Assembly (NCBI GenBank): GCA_947259275.1 | Contig: CAMYMH010000001.1 | Coordinates: forward strand, 108,287 to 172,286 | Direction of reading: 5' to 3' | DNA length: 64,000 bases | Source of the DNA: an uncultured Acidimicrobiaceae bacterium | Lineage (GTDB): Bacteria > Actinomycetota > Acidimicrobiia > Spongiisociales > SHLN01 | Shown here: one piece after another, positions 47,850 to 56,974 of the stretch | Layout of the letters: each line of letters opens with the position of its first letter | How positions within the stretch are numbered: the stretch's first letter is position 1 | Notes under the pieces: model-generated | Told to the model about the DNA's origin: nothing | Seen by the model: only the letters and a program-made list of their open reading frames with translations | Database searches by the model: none | Translations under genes and position numbers: made by a program

Positions 47850-49349
47850 GTGGCCTCCACTGCTCCGCATGCTTCCCCTGATCCGCTGGCGGGCCTCGAA
47901 GATCGCCGCCTCCTGCGTGATCTCGCCTACCTGGGAGGAGCCTGGGTAGCCGCCGACGACGGCACAACTTTCCCCGTGGACGATCCGTCCAGCGGCACTC
48001 AAATCGCCGCCCTTCCCCGCCTGGGCGCAGCCGAAACTAGGCGGGCCATAGAAGCCGCCGGCGACGCCTTGCCGGGCTGGCGGGCCATGACGGCCAAGCA
48101 GCGAGCACGGGTCATGCGCGATTGGGCGGATGCCATGCGGGAGCACAGCGAGGACCTGTCGCTGATCCTGACGGTCGAGCAAGGCAAGCCCATCGCCGAG
48201 TCACGGGCCGAGATCGAATACGCGGCTTCATTCCTCGAGTGGTTCGGCGAGGAAGCCAAGCGTCTGTACGGCGACGTCATCCCCACCCCCATCCCGGGTC
48301 GGCGGGTCGTGGTCCTCAAAGAGCCGGTGGGAGTCACCGCCGGGATCACGCCCTGGAACTTCCCTTCGGCGATGATTACCCGCAAGTGCGCCCCCGCCCT
48401 GGCCGCCGGCAACACGATGGTGTTGAAGCCCGCCGAACAGACGCCGCTCTCGGCACTCGCTATTTGTGAGCTGGCCGAGCGAGCCGGGGTGCCGCCCGGT
48501 GTCTTCAACGTAGTAACCGGGGCCGCCGAGGACGCGCCGGCGATCGGCGAAGAGATGACCTCCAATCCGACGGTACGGATGGTCGGCTTCACGGGTTCGA
48601 CGGAGGTCGGCAAACTCCTGATGCGGCGATGTGCCGAGACCGTAAAGAAGGTCAGCCTCGAGCTGGGAGGCAACGCCCCCTTCATCATCTTCGACGACGC
48701 AGATCTCGATGCTGCCGTGGATGCGCTCGAGTCATGCAAGTGGAGGAACGCCGGCCAAACCTGCATCTCGGCCAATCGCATCCTCGTGCAGCGAGGCGTC
48801 ATCGATGAGTTCACCGCTCGCCTCGTCGACCACGCCCGGGGCTTGAAGGTAGCGGGCGGGACGGTGGACGGAGCCCAGATAGGACCCCTGATCGATCAGC
48901 AGGGCTTTGACAAGGTGACGAAACACCTGGCAGACGCCATCGACGGTGGAGCAAAGGTGGCCACCGGAGGGGGGCCCCACGAGCTGGGTGGCCTCTTCCT
49001 GCAACCGACGGTGCTCACCGACGTGACCCCGGACATGGTGATGTCCTGTGAGGAGACGTTCGGGCCGGTGGCGGGGCTGATCCCGTTCGACACCGAGGAG
49101 GAGGCGATTCGCATCGCCAACGACACCCCGTTTGGGCTGTGCGCCTATTTCTTCACTCGCGACATGGCTACCGCCTGGCGGGTCGGCGAGGCATTGGAGG
49201 CCGGCATCGTCGGTCTCAATACCGGCTTCGTGTCGACGGAGGTGGCGCCGTTCGGGGGTGTCAAGGAGTCCGGGTTGGGCCGGGAGGGCTCCTACTACGC
49301 CATTGAAGAGTGGGTGGAGACGAAGTACTTCACGTTCGCCGGCCTCTGA
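47850..49349 (+). CDS. gabD: Succinate-semialdehyde dehydrogenase [NAD(P)+] (aldehyde dehydrogenase family)
   Basis: …GITPWNFPSAMITRKCAPALAAGNTMVLKPAEQTPLSA… …ELGGNAP… …NAGQTCISANR… closely matches GabD. Start taken at GTG 47850. Confidence 0.8.
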   Translation: MASTAPHASPDPLAGLEDRRLLRDLAYLGGAWVAADDGTTFPVDDPSSGTQIAALPRLGAAETRRAIEAAGDALPGWRAMTAKQRARVMRDWADAMREHSEDLSLILTVEQGKPIAESRAEIEYAASFLEWFGEEAKRLYGDVIPTPIPGRRVVVLKEPVGVTAGITPWNFPSAMITRKCAPALAAGNTMVLKPAEQTPLSALAICELAERAGVPPGVFNVVTGAAEDAPAIGEEMTSNPTVRMVGFTGSTEVGKLLMRRCAETVKKVSLELGGNAPFIIFDDADLDAAVDALESCKWRNAGQTCISANRILVQRGVIDEFTARLVDHARGLKVAGGTVDGAQIGPLIDQQGFDKVTKHLADAIDGGAKVATGGGPHELGGLFLQPTVLTDVTPDMVMSCEETFGPVAGLIPFDTEEEAIRIANDTPFGLCAYFFTRDMATAWRVGEALEAGIVGLNTGFVSTEVAPFGGVKESGLGREGSYYAIEEWVETKYFTFAGL

Positions 49350-49368
49350 TGAGAGCGAGGGAACCAGC

Positions 49369-49683
49369 GTGATTGTCGAGCAAAGGGATTACCACATTCA
49401 CACCGGCAAGCTCCGCGAGCTGGTCGGCCTGTACGAGAACGAGGGCATCGTCATCCAGCGAGAGATCCTCGGCAACCTATTGGGCTGGTTCACCACCGAC
49501 GTGGGGGCCCTCTCCACGGTGGTGAGCATGTGGGGCTACCCCAGCAGCGCCGAACGGGAAGAACGCCGTGCCCGGCTTCAGCAGGACGAGCGCTGGCAAC
49601 AATTCGTCAAGAAGGTTCAGCCGCTGATCCACACCCAGCACAACCGTATCCTCAAGCCCACCGGCTTCTCTCCGATTCGATAA
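49369..49683 (+). CDS. NIPSNAP-family small protein
   Basis: ~104-aa α+β barrel-like sequence (…HIHTGKLRELVGLYENEGIVIQREILGNLLGWFTTDVGALSTVVSMWGY…). GTG start. Confidence 0.55.
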   Translation: MIVEQRDYHIHTGKLRELVGLYENEGIVIQREILGNLLGWFTTDVGALSTVVSMWGYPSSAEREERRARLQQDERWQQFVKKVQPLIHTQHNRILKPTGFSPIR

Positions 49684-49713
49684 AGTCCACAACGAGCACA
49701 GAAAGGCGGTCCC

Positions 49714-50457
49714 ATGAGCCTCGAGTCGAGAGTCGCCATCGTGACCGGTGGCGCCCAAGGCATCGGACGAGCCATCGCCGACGGATTGGCTGCCGCCGGC
49801 GCCAGGATCGTGATCGCCGACCTCGCCAATGCCGAGGCCGCAGCCAAGACCTACCCCGACGGTATCGGATTGACCGTCGACGTGTCCGATCCCAGCCAGG
49901 TCGACGACATGGCTGCCACCGTCAAGGAACAGTGCGGGTCCATCGACATCCTGATCAACAACGCAGGCATCTATGCCTCGCTCGAGATGCGCGCTTTCGA
50001 TCAGATCCCGGTCGAGGAGTGGCGCAAGGTGATGGACATCAATGTTCTGTCCATGTTCCTGACGTCCCGCGCCGTCGTGCCGATCATGAAACAGCAGGGC
50101 GGAGGCAAGATCGTGAATATCTCCTCCGGCACGCCGTTTCGCGGCGTGCCCTTCCTCCTGCACTATGTGACCAGCAAGGGTGCGGTGGTTGCGCTCACCC
50201 GCTCCCTGGCGAAGGAACTGGGAGCCGACAACGTCCTGGTCAACTGCGTTGCCCCCGGGTTCACGGTCAGCGACGGGGTCATTGAGCACCCGGAGGTGCT
50301 CGAGGTATTGGCAGACGTGTCCATCGCCGCCCGCACCCTGAAGCGGGAGCAGGTGCCCGGGGACGTGACCGGTGCGGTCGTCTTCCTCTGCAGTCCCGAA
50401 GCCGATTTCATCACTGGGCAGACGATGGTGATCGACGGCGGCCAGTATTTCCATTGA
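49714..50457 (+). CDS. SDR-family NAD(P)-dependent oxidoreductase
   Basis: TGGAQGIG and YVTSK motifs. Confidence 0.85.
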   Translation: MSLESRVAIVTGGAQGIGRAIADGLAAAGARIVIADLANAEAAAKTYPDGIGLTVDVSDPSQVDDMAATVKEQCGSIDILINNAGIYASLEMRAFDQIPVEEWRKVMDINVLSMFLTSRAVVPIMKQQGGGKIVNISSGTPFRGVPFLLHYVTSKGAVVALTRSLAKELGADNVLVNCVAPGFTVSDGVIEHPEVLEVLADVSIAARTLKREQVPGDVTGAVVFLCSPEADFITGQTMVIDGGQYFH

Positions 50458-50461
50458 GCCG

Positions 50462-51007
50462 ATGCGTCTCACGCTGACCCACCACGCTGACGGGGTTGTC
50501 ACGCCGGATGACGGCACGCGGGTCGTCTACGACGTTGCCGGCAACCAGGCCTACTTCGGTGCCGCCTCCATCGCCGGGCCGGCCCTGGTGTGGGAGCTGC
50601 ATGCGGGCAGCCCAACGCCCCAGGCGTTGCTGTCGGCCGAGGTGGCACTCGATCCGGACGATGAATGGCTGGTGAGATGTGACCGGATCGACTTCCCGCC
50701 CGGCGGCATTGCCCACCGGCACACTCATCCCGGCCCCGGAATCCGCTGCCAGCTCTTCGGCGAGCTGACGGTGGAGACCGGAGGTCGGTCCGGTACGTAT
50801 GGGCCGCTCGCTGCCTGGTTCGAGACCGGACCCGACCCTGTCTACGCCGTCGCAACCGACGCCGGGGACAGCGCCTTTGTCCGCGTCATGTTGCTCCCGC
50901 GCCAATGGGAGGGACGGCGCACCATTCGATACCTCGATCCCGCCGACGAGGACAAGCCCAAGCTCCAGCGCGCCACGGTGTTCTTCGACCGCCCCATCGA
51001 GATCTAA
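50462..51007 (+). CDS. Cupin-like hypothetical protein
   Basis: …GGIAHRHTHPGPGIRCQLFGEL… is a cupin motif. Confidence 0.5.
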   Translation: MRLTLTHHADGVVTPDDGTRVVYDVAGNQAYFGAASIAGPALVWELHAGSPTPQALLSAEVALDPDDEWLVRCDRIDFPPGGIAHRHTHPGPGIRCQLFGELTVETGGRSGTYGPLAAWFETGPDPVYAVATDAGDSAFVRVMLLPRQWEGRRTIRYLDPADEDKPKLQRATVFFDRPIEI

Positions 51008-51009
51008 AG

Positions 51010-52665
51010 ATGCGCAACGGCGGCCGGATCCTCGTCGACCAGTTGCGCATCCACGGCGTCGATACGGTATATACCGTCCCCGGGGAGAGCTTCCTGCCGG
51101 CGCTCGATGCTCTCTACGAGCTCAGGGACGAGATCCGGCTCGTCACCGCCCGCCACGAGGGGGGTGCGGCCAATATGGCGGAGGCTCACGCCAAGCTCAC
51201 CGGGACTCCGTCTGTCTGCTTCGTCAATCGAGGGCCGGGGGCGACCCATGCTGCCAACGGGGTCCACACCGCCTTTCAGGACTCAACGCCGCTGATCGTT
51301 CTCATCGGCCAGGGCCCGCGCGGCTTTCTGGACCGCGAGTCCTTCCAGGAGATCGATCATCGGGTGTTCTTCAGTCAGCTGACGAAATGGGCGGGTCAGG
51401 TCGAGGATCCGGCTCGTATCCCCGAGCTGGTCGGCAAAGCGATGCATATCGCCTTGGAGGGCCGGCCCGGCCCGGTCGCCCTGGCGTTGCCCGAGGATGT
51501 CCTGACGGCGGAGTGTGAAACTGCCGATGCCAGGCCGTATCGCATCACCCGGCCGCATCCTGGAGCCGATGAGATGGCCGAGCTGCGGGCGATGCTCGTC
51601 GCCTCCCAGAGGCCCGCCATGATCGTGGGAGGCGGCGGCTGGACCACCGCCGCCAGCCGCGACCTGCTGGCGTTTGCCGAGGCCAACCGGATCCCGACGG
51701 CGGCTTCCTTTCGGTGCCAGGACTACATCGACAACCATTCGGAGGTGTACTTCGGATACGGCGGCCTGGGGATCCGCCCCAAGCTCGCCGAGCGGATCAA
51801 GGACGCCGATCTGCTGCTCGTCGTCGGTGCCAGGCTGGGGGAGGCCACCACCAGCCGCTATTCGCTGGTGGAAATCCCCACTCCGCGCCAGAAGCTGGTC
51901 CACGTCCATCTCGGCCCCGAGGAGCTGGGAAGCGTCTACCAGGCCGACCTTCCCATCAATGCCGGATATGGCGAGTTCGCGGCTGCGGCCCGGGCGCTCG
52001 CTCCGGTGGAAGGAACCTGGGGTGGGTGGGCAGACTCTGCCCGGGCCGACTACCTCGACGATCTCGCGCCACCCGAAGCCCCCGGCGACCTCAATCTGGC
52101 GGCGGTGGTGCGCCACGTGAGCGAAGTGCTGCCGGCGGAGGCGATCATCACCAACGGCGCCGGCAACTTCACGGTCTGGGCCCACCGCTACTACCAATTC
52201 ACCTCGTTTCGCACTCAGCTAGGGCCGACGAGTGGTTCGATGGCGTACGGCATTCCGGCCGGGGTGGCAGCAAAAGTGGTGCATCCCGATCGGCCGGTGA
52301 TCGCCTTCACCGGCGACGGCGACGCCATGATGTCGTTTCAGGAGATAGCGACCGCAGTCCAGCACGGTCTCGACCCGGTCATCCTGCTGGTGAACAACGG
52401 CATGCTGGCGACCATGCGCATGCACCAGGAGCGCCGCTTCCCGGGCCGGGTGCACGGCACCGACCTCGTCAATCCCGACTTCCAGGCGCTCGGTGCCTCC
52501 TTCGGCCTTCACACCGAGCTGGTGGAGCGGGACGCTGATTTCCCGGCCGCCTTCGACCGGGCACTCGCCGCCGGCCGCGCCGCGCTGGTCGAGCTCCGCA
52601 TCGATCCCGAGCAGCTCACCCCCGGCAAGACGCTGGCAGGCACCCGCCGGGCGGCCCTCGCCTGA
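51010..52665 (+). CDS. Thiamine-pyrophosphate-dependent enzyme (acetolactate synthase large subunit-like family)
   Basis: N-terminal TPP-Pyr domain (…VDTVYTVPGESFLPALDAL…), central domain, and C-terminal TPP-binding GDGDAMMSF…NN motif. Confidence 0.8.
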   Translation: MRNGGRILVDQLRIHGVDTVYTVPGESFLPALDALYELRDEIRLVTARHEGGAANMAEAHAKLTGTPSVCFVNRGPGATHAANGVHTAFQDSTPLIVLIGQGPRGFLDRESFQEIDHRVFFSQLTKWAGQVEDPARIPELVGKAMHIALEGRPGPVALALPEDVLTAECETADARPYRITRPHPGADEMAELRAMLVASQRPAMIVGGGGWTTAASRDLLAFAEANRIPTAASFRCQDYIDNHSEVYFGYGGLGIRPKLAERIKDADLLLVVGARLGEATTSRYSLVEIPTPRQKLVHVHLGPEELGSVYQADLPINAGYGEFAAAARALAPVEGTWGGWADSARADYLDDLAPPEAPGDLNLAAVVRHVSEVLPAEAIITNGAGNFTVWAHRYYQFTSFRTQLGPTSGSMAYGIPAGVAAKVVHPDRPVIAFTGDGDAMMSFQEIATAVQHGLDPVILLVNNGMLATMRMHQERRFPGRVHGTDLVNPDFQALGASFGLHTELVERDADFPAAFDRALAAGRAALVELRIDPEQLTPGKTLAGTRRAALA

Positions 52666-52716
52666 CCCCAGGCGGCGTGCGGTAGGGTCAGGTACGGCGA
52701 GCCAAGGAGCGAGATC

Positions 52717-52920
52717 ATGCCGCTGATTCGAGTCGAGCTGTTCGACTACCGCATCGATGACGACGTGAGCGCCAAGCTCATAGAAGGGATGACCGATGTC
52801 ATGTGCGACGTCATCCACGAGAGCATGCGGGACCACACCTTCGTCATCGTGGAAGGGCACTCACCGAAGAACTGGGGCGTCGGTGGCCGGCCGTGGCCGG
52901 TCCAGGAGATGGAGGTCTGA
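52717..52920 (+). CDS. 4-oxalocrotonate tautomerase-family protein
   Basis: 67 aa. Pro immediately after the initiator Met (MPLIRVEL…), typical of 4-OT. Confidence 0.7.
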   Translation: MPLIRVELFDYRIDDDVSAKLIEGMTDVMCDVIHESMRDHTFVIVEGHSPKNWGVGGRPWPVQEMEV

Positions 52921-52938
52921 GCCGGGCACGATGTTGTC

Positions 52939-54051
52939 ATGAAGACACTGGCGGCCGTCGTCCGCCGGCCGGGCGAATTGACGATCGAGGAGATTACCCT
53001 CGACCCTCCCCAGGCAGGCGAAGTGCTGGTACGCATGCTCGCCGCCGGAGTATGTCACTCTGATCTGCACACCTACCTCGGTGAGCTGAGAGTCATGCCA
53101 CCGCTGGTTCTCGGCCACGAGGGAGCCGGGATCGTCGAAGAGGTCGGGTCGGAGGTCACACGAGTGGCGCCCGGTGACTACGTCATGATCAACTGGCTGC
53201 CGGCCGATGGCACGTGTCGAGCCTGCCTTCGGGGAGACCAGCACCTGTGCGAACGACTCCAGGAGACCACGTTCGCCGGCATGCTCCTCGACGGGACCAC
53301 CCGACTACATACCGACGACGGCGTCGATCTCAAGCACTATCTGACCGCATCGACGATGAGCACGCGCATGGTGTATATGGAAGATGCCGTCATCCCGATG
53401 CCGACCGACGTGCCCGCCGAAGTGGTTGCCATCACCGGGTGTGCTGTTGCCACAGGCATCGGCACCGTGGTCAACAGCGTGCGGGCAGAGCCGGGGAGCT
53501 CGGCGGCGGTTATCGGATGTGGCGGTATCGGACTGTCGATGATTCAGGGCTCCAAACTGAGCGGCTGTCATCCCATCATCGCTCTCGACCTGGTCGATGG
53601 CCGCCTGGAGATCGCCGGGCAGCTGGGCGCCACCCACACCATCAACTCGGCGCGGGTGGAGGCGACTGGGGCTGTGCACGATCTGACGGGACCGGGAGCC
53701 GACTACGCCTTCGACAGTGTCGGCTCCGAGGTAACCATCAACCAGGCGCTGGAGCTGATTCGGCCGGGTGGAACGGTGGGTGTGGCCGGGCTCCACTCCG
53801 CCAGGGCCGAGGTCGCCATCCCGGCCGGGCCCCTGGTGCTCCAGGCCAAGACGCTGAGGGGGGCTTTCGGAGGATCGCTCAAACCTCGCCAGGATCTACC
53901 CCGCCTCATCGAGCTCTTCCGGGCCGGGCTGCTGCAAACCGATCAGATGATCACGCACCGCTATCGACTGGAGGAACTGCGACAGGCGTTTGCCGACATG
54001 CAGGCGGGGCGGGGCGCCAAGAGCGTAATCGTATTTGACCAAGAGGAGTGA
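52939..54051 (+). CDS. Zinc-dependent alcohol dehydrogenase (MDR family)
   Basis: GVCHSDLH Zn motif, GHEGAG, and a Rossmann GCGGIG. Confidence 0.85.
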   Translation: MKTLAAVVRRPGELTIEEITLDPPQAGEVLVRMLAAGVCHSDLHTYLGELRVMPPLVLGHEGAGIVEEVGSEVTRVAPGDYVMINWLPADGTCRACLRGDQHLCERLQETTFAGMLLDGTTRLHTDDGVDLKHYLTASTMSTRMVYMEDAVIPMPTDVPAEVVAITGCAVATGIGTVVNSVRAEPGSSAAVIGCGGIGLSMIQGSKLSGCHPIIALDLVDGRLEIAGQLGATHTINSARVEATGAVHDLTGPGADYAFDSVGSEVTINQALELIRPGGTVGVAGLHSARAEVAIPAGPLVLQAKTLRGAFGGSLKPRQDLPRLIELFRAGLLQTDQMITHRYRLEELRQAFADMQAGRGAKSVIVFDQEE

Positions 54052-54054
54052 GAA

Positions 54055-55629
54055 ATGTTGGAACCAGTACTCATCAACGGCGAGTGGCGAGCGGCATCGG
54101 ACGCAGGCACTTTCAACGCCTACGACCCTTCGACCGCTGAGACTTTCCCCGAGACGTTTCCCGTATCGAGCATGGAGGACGTCGAGGCGGCGCTCGACGC
54201 CGGTCACGAGGCGGTCCGCCGGCTGCGTGACATTCCTCCGACGGCGATCGCCGATTTCCTCGACGCCTTCGGCGAGGGCCTGCTGGAAAATCGCGACCAG
54301 CTGGTCGCCAGTGCCCATGCCGAGACCGGCCTGCCCGCCGAGCCCCGGCTCAACAGCGTTGAGCTGCCGCGAACCGCCGACCAGCTCCACCAGGCGGCGG
54401 CCGCGGTTCGTGACCGGTCGTGGGTGACGGCCACCATCGACACGGCCACCGGTATCCGCTCGATGTTCCGCCCGCTCGAAAAGCCGGTGGCCGTGTTCGG
54501 GCCCAACAACTTTCCCTTCGCTTTCAACTCCGTCTCCGGCGGAGATTTTGCTGCTGCCATTGCCGCCGGCAACCCGGTCATCGGCAAGGCCCATTCCAGC
54601 CATCCGATGACGACCAAGCTTCTCACCGAGGTGGCGTACGCGGCAGTTCAGACGGCGGGCCTGCCGGCGGCGATGGTGCAGCTGATCTACCGCCTCGATC
54701 ACGCAGATGGAGCCGCCTTCGCCGGGCATCGCAAGCTCGGGGCGATTGGCTTCACCGGCGGCCGGCACGGTGGTCTCAGCCTCAAGGGTCCCGCCGACGC
54801 GGCCGGTATCCCCGTCTACCTGGAGATGAGCAGCGTCAACCCGGTCTTCGTCCTCCCCGGTGCTCTCAGAGCGCGCGGCGAAGAGATCGCCGAAGAGTTC
54901 TACGGGTCGTGCACCCTGGGCGTTGGCCAGTTCTGCACCAACCCGGGCCTGGTGATCGTCCCGACCGGGCCCGACGGCGACGTCTTCGTCGATGCCGCCA
55001 AGCGCCTCTTCGCCGACGGCGACCCCGGCATCCTGCTGGGCCCGCCGGGGCACATCGCCGACTCGGTGGCCACGCTGGAAGGCGCCGGAGCCGAGGTAGT
55101 AGTGGGCGGTTCGGTCGTCGAAGGGGGCGGGTTCTCGTTCGCCAACACGATCCTCACGGCTCCCGCCGGCGCCTTCATCGCCGACCCGGAAGGCCTCCAG
55201 ACCGAGGCATTTGGTCCCGTCTCTCTGATCATTCGGGCGGGGGGTATCGAGGATATGGTGGCCATCGCCGGCGCTCTCGACGGCAACCTGACGGGTTCGA
55301 TCTATTCGGATCCGGACGGTGCCGACGAGCAGGAGTACGGTTCTCTGGAACCGGAGTTGCGGCCGCATGTGGGCCGCCTCCTCAACGACAAGATGCCGAC
55401 CGGGGTGGCAGTCTCCCCGGCGATGAACCACGGCGGGCCCTTCCCGTCGACGGGCCACCCGGGCTTCACCGCCGTCGGGATGCCGGCGGCCATCCATAGG
55501 TTCGCCGCCCTCCATTGCTATGACAACGTGGCCGAACACCGGCTGCCGGTGGAGATCCGCGACGAGAATCCCAACGGCGTCATGTACCGCTTCATCGACC
55601 GGCAATGGACGCGGGACGACGTGGCGTGA
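54055..55629 (+). CDS. Aldehyde dehydrogenase family protein (2,5-dioxovalerate/α-ketoglutarate-semialdehyde dehydrogenase-like, ~525 aa class)
   Basis: ALDH catalytic region (…FTGGRHGG… …GQFCTNPG…). Confidence 0.8.
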   Translation: MLEPVLINGEWRAASDAGTFNAYDPSTAETFPETFPVSSMEDVEAALDAGHEAVRRLRDIPPTAIADFLDAFGEGLLENRDQLVASAHAETGLPAEPRLNSVELPRTADQLHQAAAAVRDRSWVTATIDTATGIRSMFRPLEKPVAVFGPNNFPFAFNSVSGGDFAAAIAAGNPVIGKAHSSHPMTTKLLTEVAYAAVQTAGLPAAMVQLIYRLDHADGAAFAGHRKLGAIGFTGGRHGGLSLKGPADAAGIPVYLEMSSVNPVFVLPGALRARGEEIAEEFYGSCTLGVGQFCTNPGLVIVPTGPDGDVFVDAAKRLFADGDPGILLGPPGHIADSVATLEGAGAEVVVGGSVVEGGGFSFANTILTAPAGAFIADPEGLQTEAFGPVSLIIRAGGIEDMVAIAGALDGNLTGSIYSDPDGADEQEYGSLEPELRPHVGRLLNDKMPTGVAVSPAMNHGGPFPSTGHPGFTAVGMPAAIHRFAALHCYDNVAEHRLPVEIRDENPNGVMYRFIDRQWTRDDVA

Positions 55630-56819
55630 GCAGCCAGCTTTCCCGGGCACTTCGTCCGGATGTCGCACTGCCGAATGATGGGACGGCCGGCACACTGGTC
55701 GGCCGCGCCTGGGTTCCCGGCGACCCCCCGGGGCCGAGCGTGGTGGCACTGCGCGATGAGAGCGTGTTCGACATTTCCACCACAGTGCCGACCATGTCCG
55801 ACCTGTGTAACGCGCCCGATCCGGTGGCCACGGCGGCGGCGACCGGCACACTCATCGGGTCGATCGACGAAGTGCTCGCCAACAGCGCCTACGACGCGCG
55901 CGATGCTGCGCTTCCCTGGTTCCTGGCGCCGGTCGACCTGCAGACGGTTAAGGCCAGCGGAGTCACGTTCGCCACCAGCCTCCTCGAACGGGTGATCGAG
56001 GAACAGGCGGCCGGAGACAAAGCCAAGGCAGAAGCCATCCGCACCCAAATCACCGCCCTCATCGGTGACGACCTCTCCCGTATCGTGCCCGGATCCCAGT
56101 CGGCCATGCGCCTCAAGGAGCATCTCATGGCCGAGGGTGCCTGGTCGCAATACCTCGAAGTGGGTATCGGTCCCGACGCCGAAGTGTTCACCAAGGCCTC
56201 CCCGATGTCGGCAGTCGGTACCGGCAGCGAGGTCGGTGTCCGCCGCGACTCGGGCTGGAACAACCCGGAGCCCGAGTTGGTGATGGTGATTGCAGCCTCC
56301 GGGCATATCGTCGGCGCCGTCCTCGGCAACGATGTCAACCTGCGCGACATCGAGGGTCGCAGCGCCCTCCTGCTGGGGAAGGCAAAGGACAACAATGCAT
56401 CGGCCGCGGTCGGGCCGTTCATCCGGCTCCTCGACGAAACGCTCTCCTTGGACACCCTCAGGAGCCTGATTATCGACCTCGTTCTCCATGGTGACGACGG
56501 CTTCACGATGGTGGGCACCAACTCGATGACCTACATCAGCCGAGACATCGAGGACCTGGTGGCAGCGACCATCGGTGCGCACCATCAATACCCCGATGGG
56601 GCGGTGCTCTTTGCCGGAACGATGTTCGCCCCCACCCAGGATCGGGATGTCCCCGGTGAGGGCTTCACTCACAAGGTCGGTGACGTCGTCGAGATCTCAT
56701 GCCCCGAGCTGGGGACTCTTGTCAATCGCGTCGATCATTGCGAGTCGGTCGAGCCGTGGACCTTCGGCACCGGGGCGTTGATGCGCAACCTGGCGCGACG
56801 CGGCCTCCTCACCCACTAG
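55626..56819 (+). CDS. Fumarylacetoacetate hydrolase family protein (two-domain ~400-aa type)
   Basis: GTGA overlap with the ALDH stop. C-terminal FAH fold (…ELVMVIAASGHIVGAVLGNDVNLRD… …GTMFAP…). Confidence 0.7.
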   Translation: MSSQLSRALRPDVALPNDGTAGTLVGRAWVPGDPPGPSVVALRDESVFDISTTVPTMSDLCNAPDPVATAAATGTLIGSIDEVLANSAYDARDAALPWFLAPVDLQTVKASGVTFATSLLERVIEEQAAGDKAKAEAIRTQITALIGDDLSRIVPGSQSAMRLKEHLMAEGAWSQYLEVGIGPDAEVFTKASPMSAVGTGSEVGVRRDSGWNNPEPELVMVIAASGHIVGAVLGNDVNLRDIEGRSALLLGKAKDNNASAAVGPFIRLLDETLSLDTLRSLIIDLVLHGDDGFTMVGTNSMTYISRDIEDLVAATIGAHHQYPDGAVLFAGTMFAPTQDRDVPGEGFTHKVGDVVEISCPELGTLVNRVDHCESVEPWTFGTGALMRNLARRGLLTH

Positions 56820-56828
56820 AAGCTCGAT

Positions 56829-56866
56829 CGACGGGCCGTTCGCCTGCTGCCGAAAGCGGCCCGTCG
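56829..56866 (+). terminator. Putative intrinsic terminator hairpin after FAH gene
   Basis: CGACGGGCCG…CGGCCCGTCG 10-bp inverted repeat with no U-tract, as is common in actinobacteria. Confidence 0.3.
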
Positions 56867-56974
56867 GGGGTCGGCGGCGGGTCTCCCCGACTGCTGAAAT
56901 CGCCCCGTCAGAGCCCTTTGTGAGATGTGTAGGATCGATCGTGAGGTCAAATACTCGACCAGGAAGGCCACCTC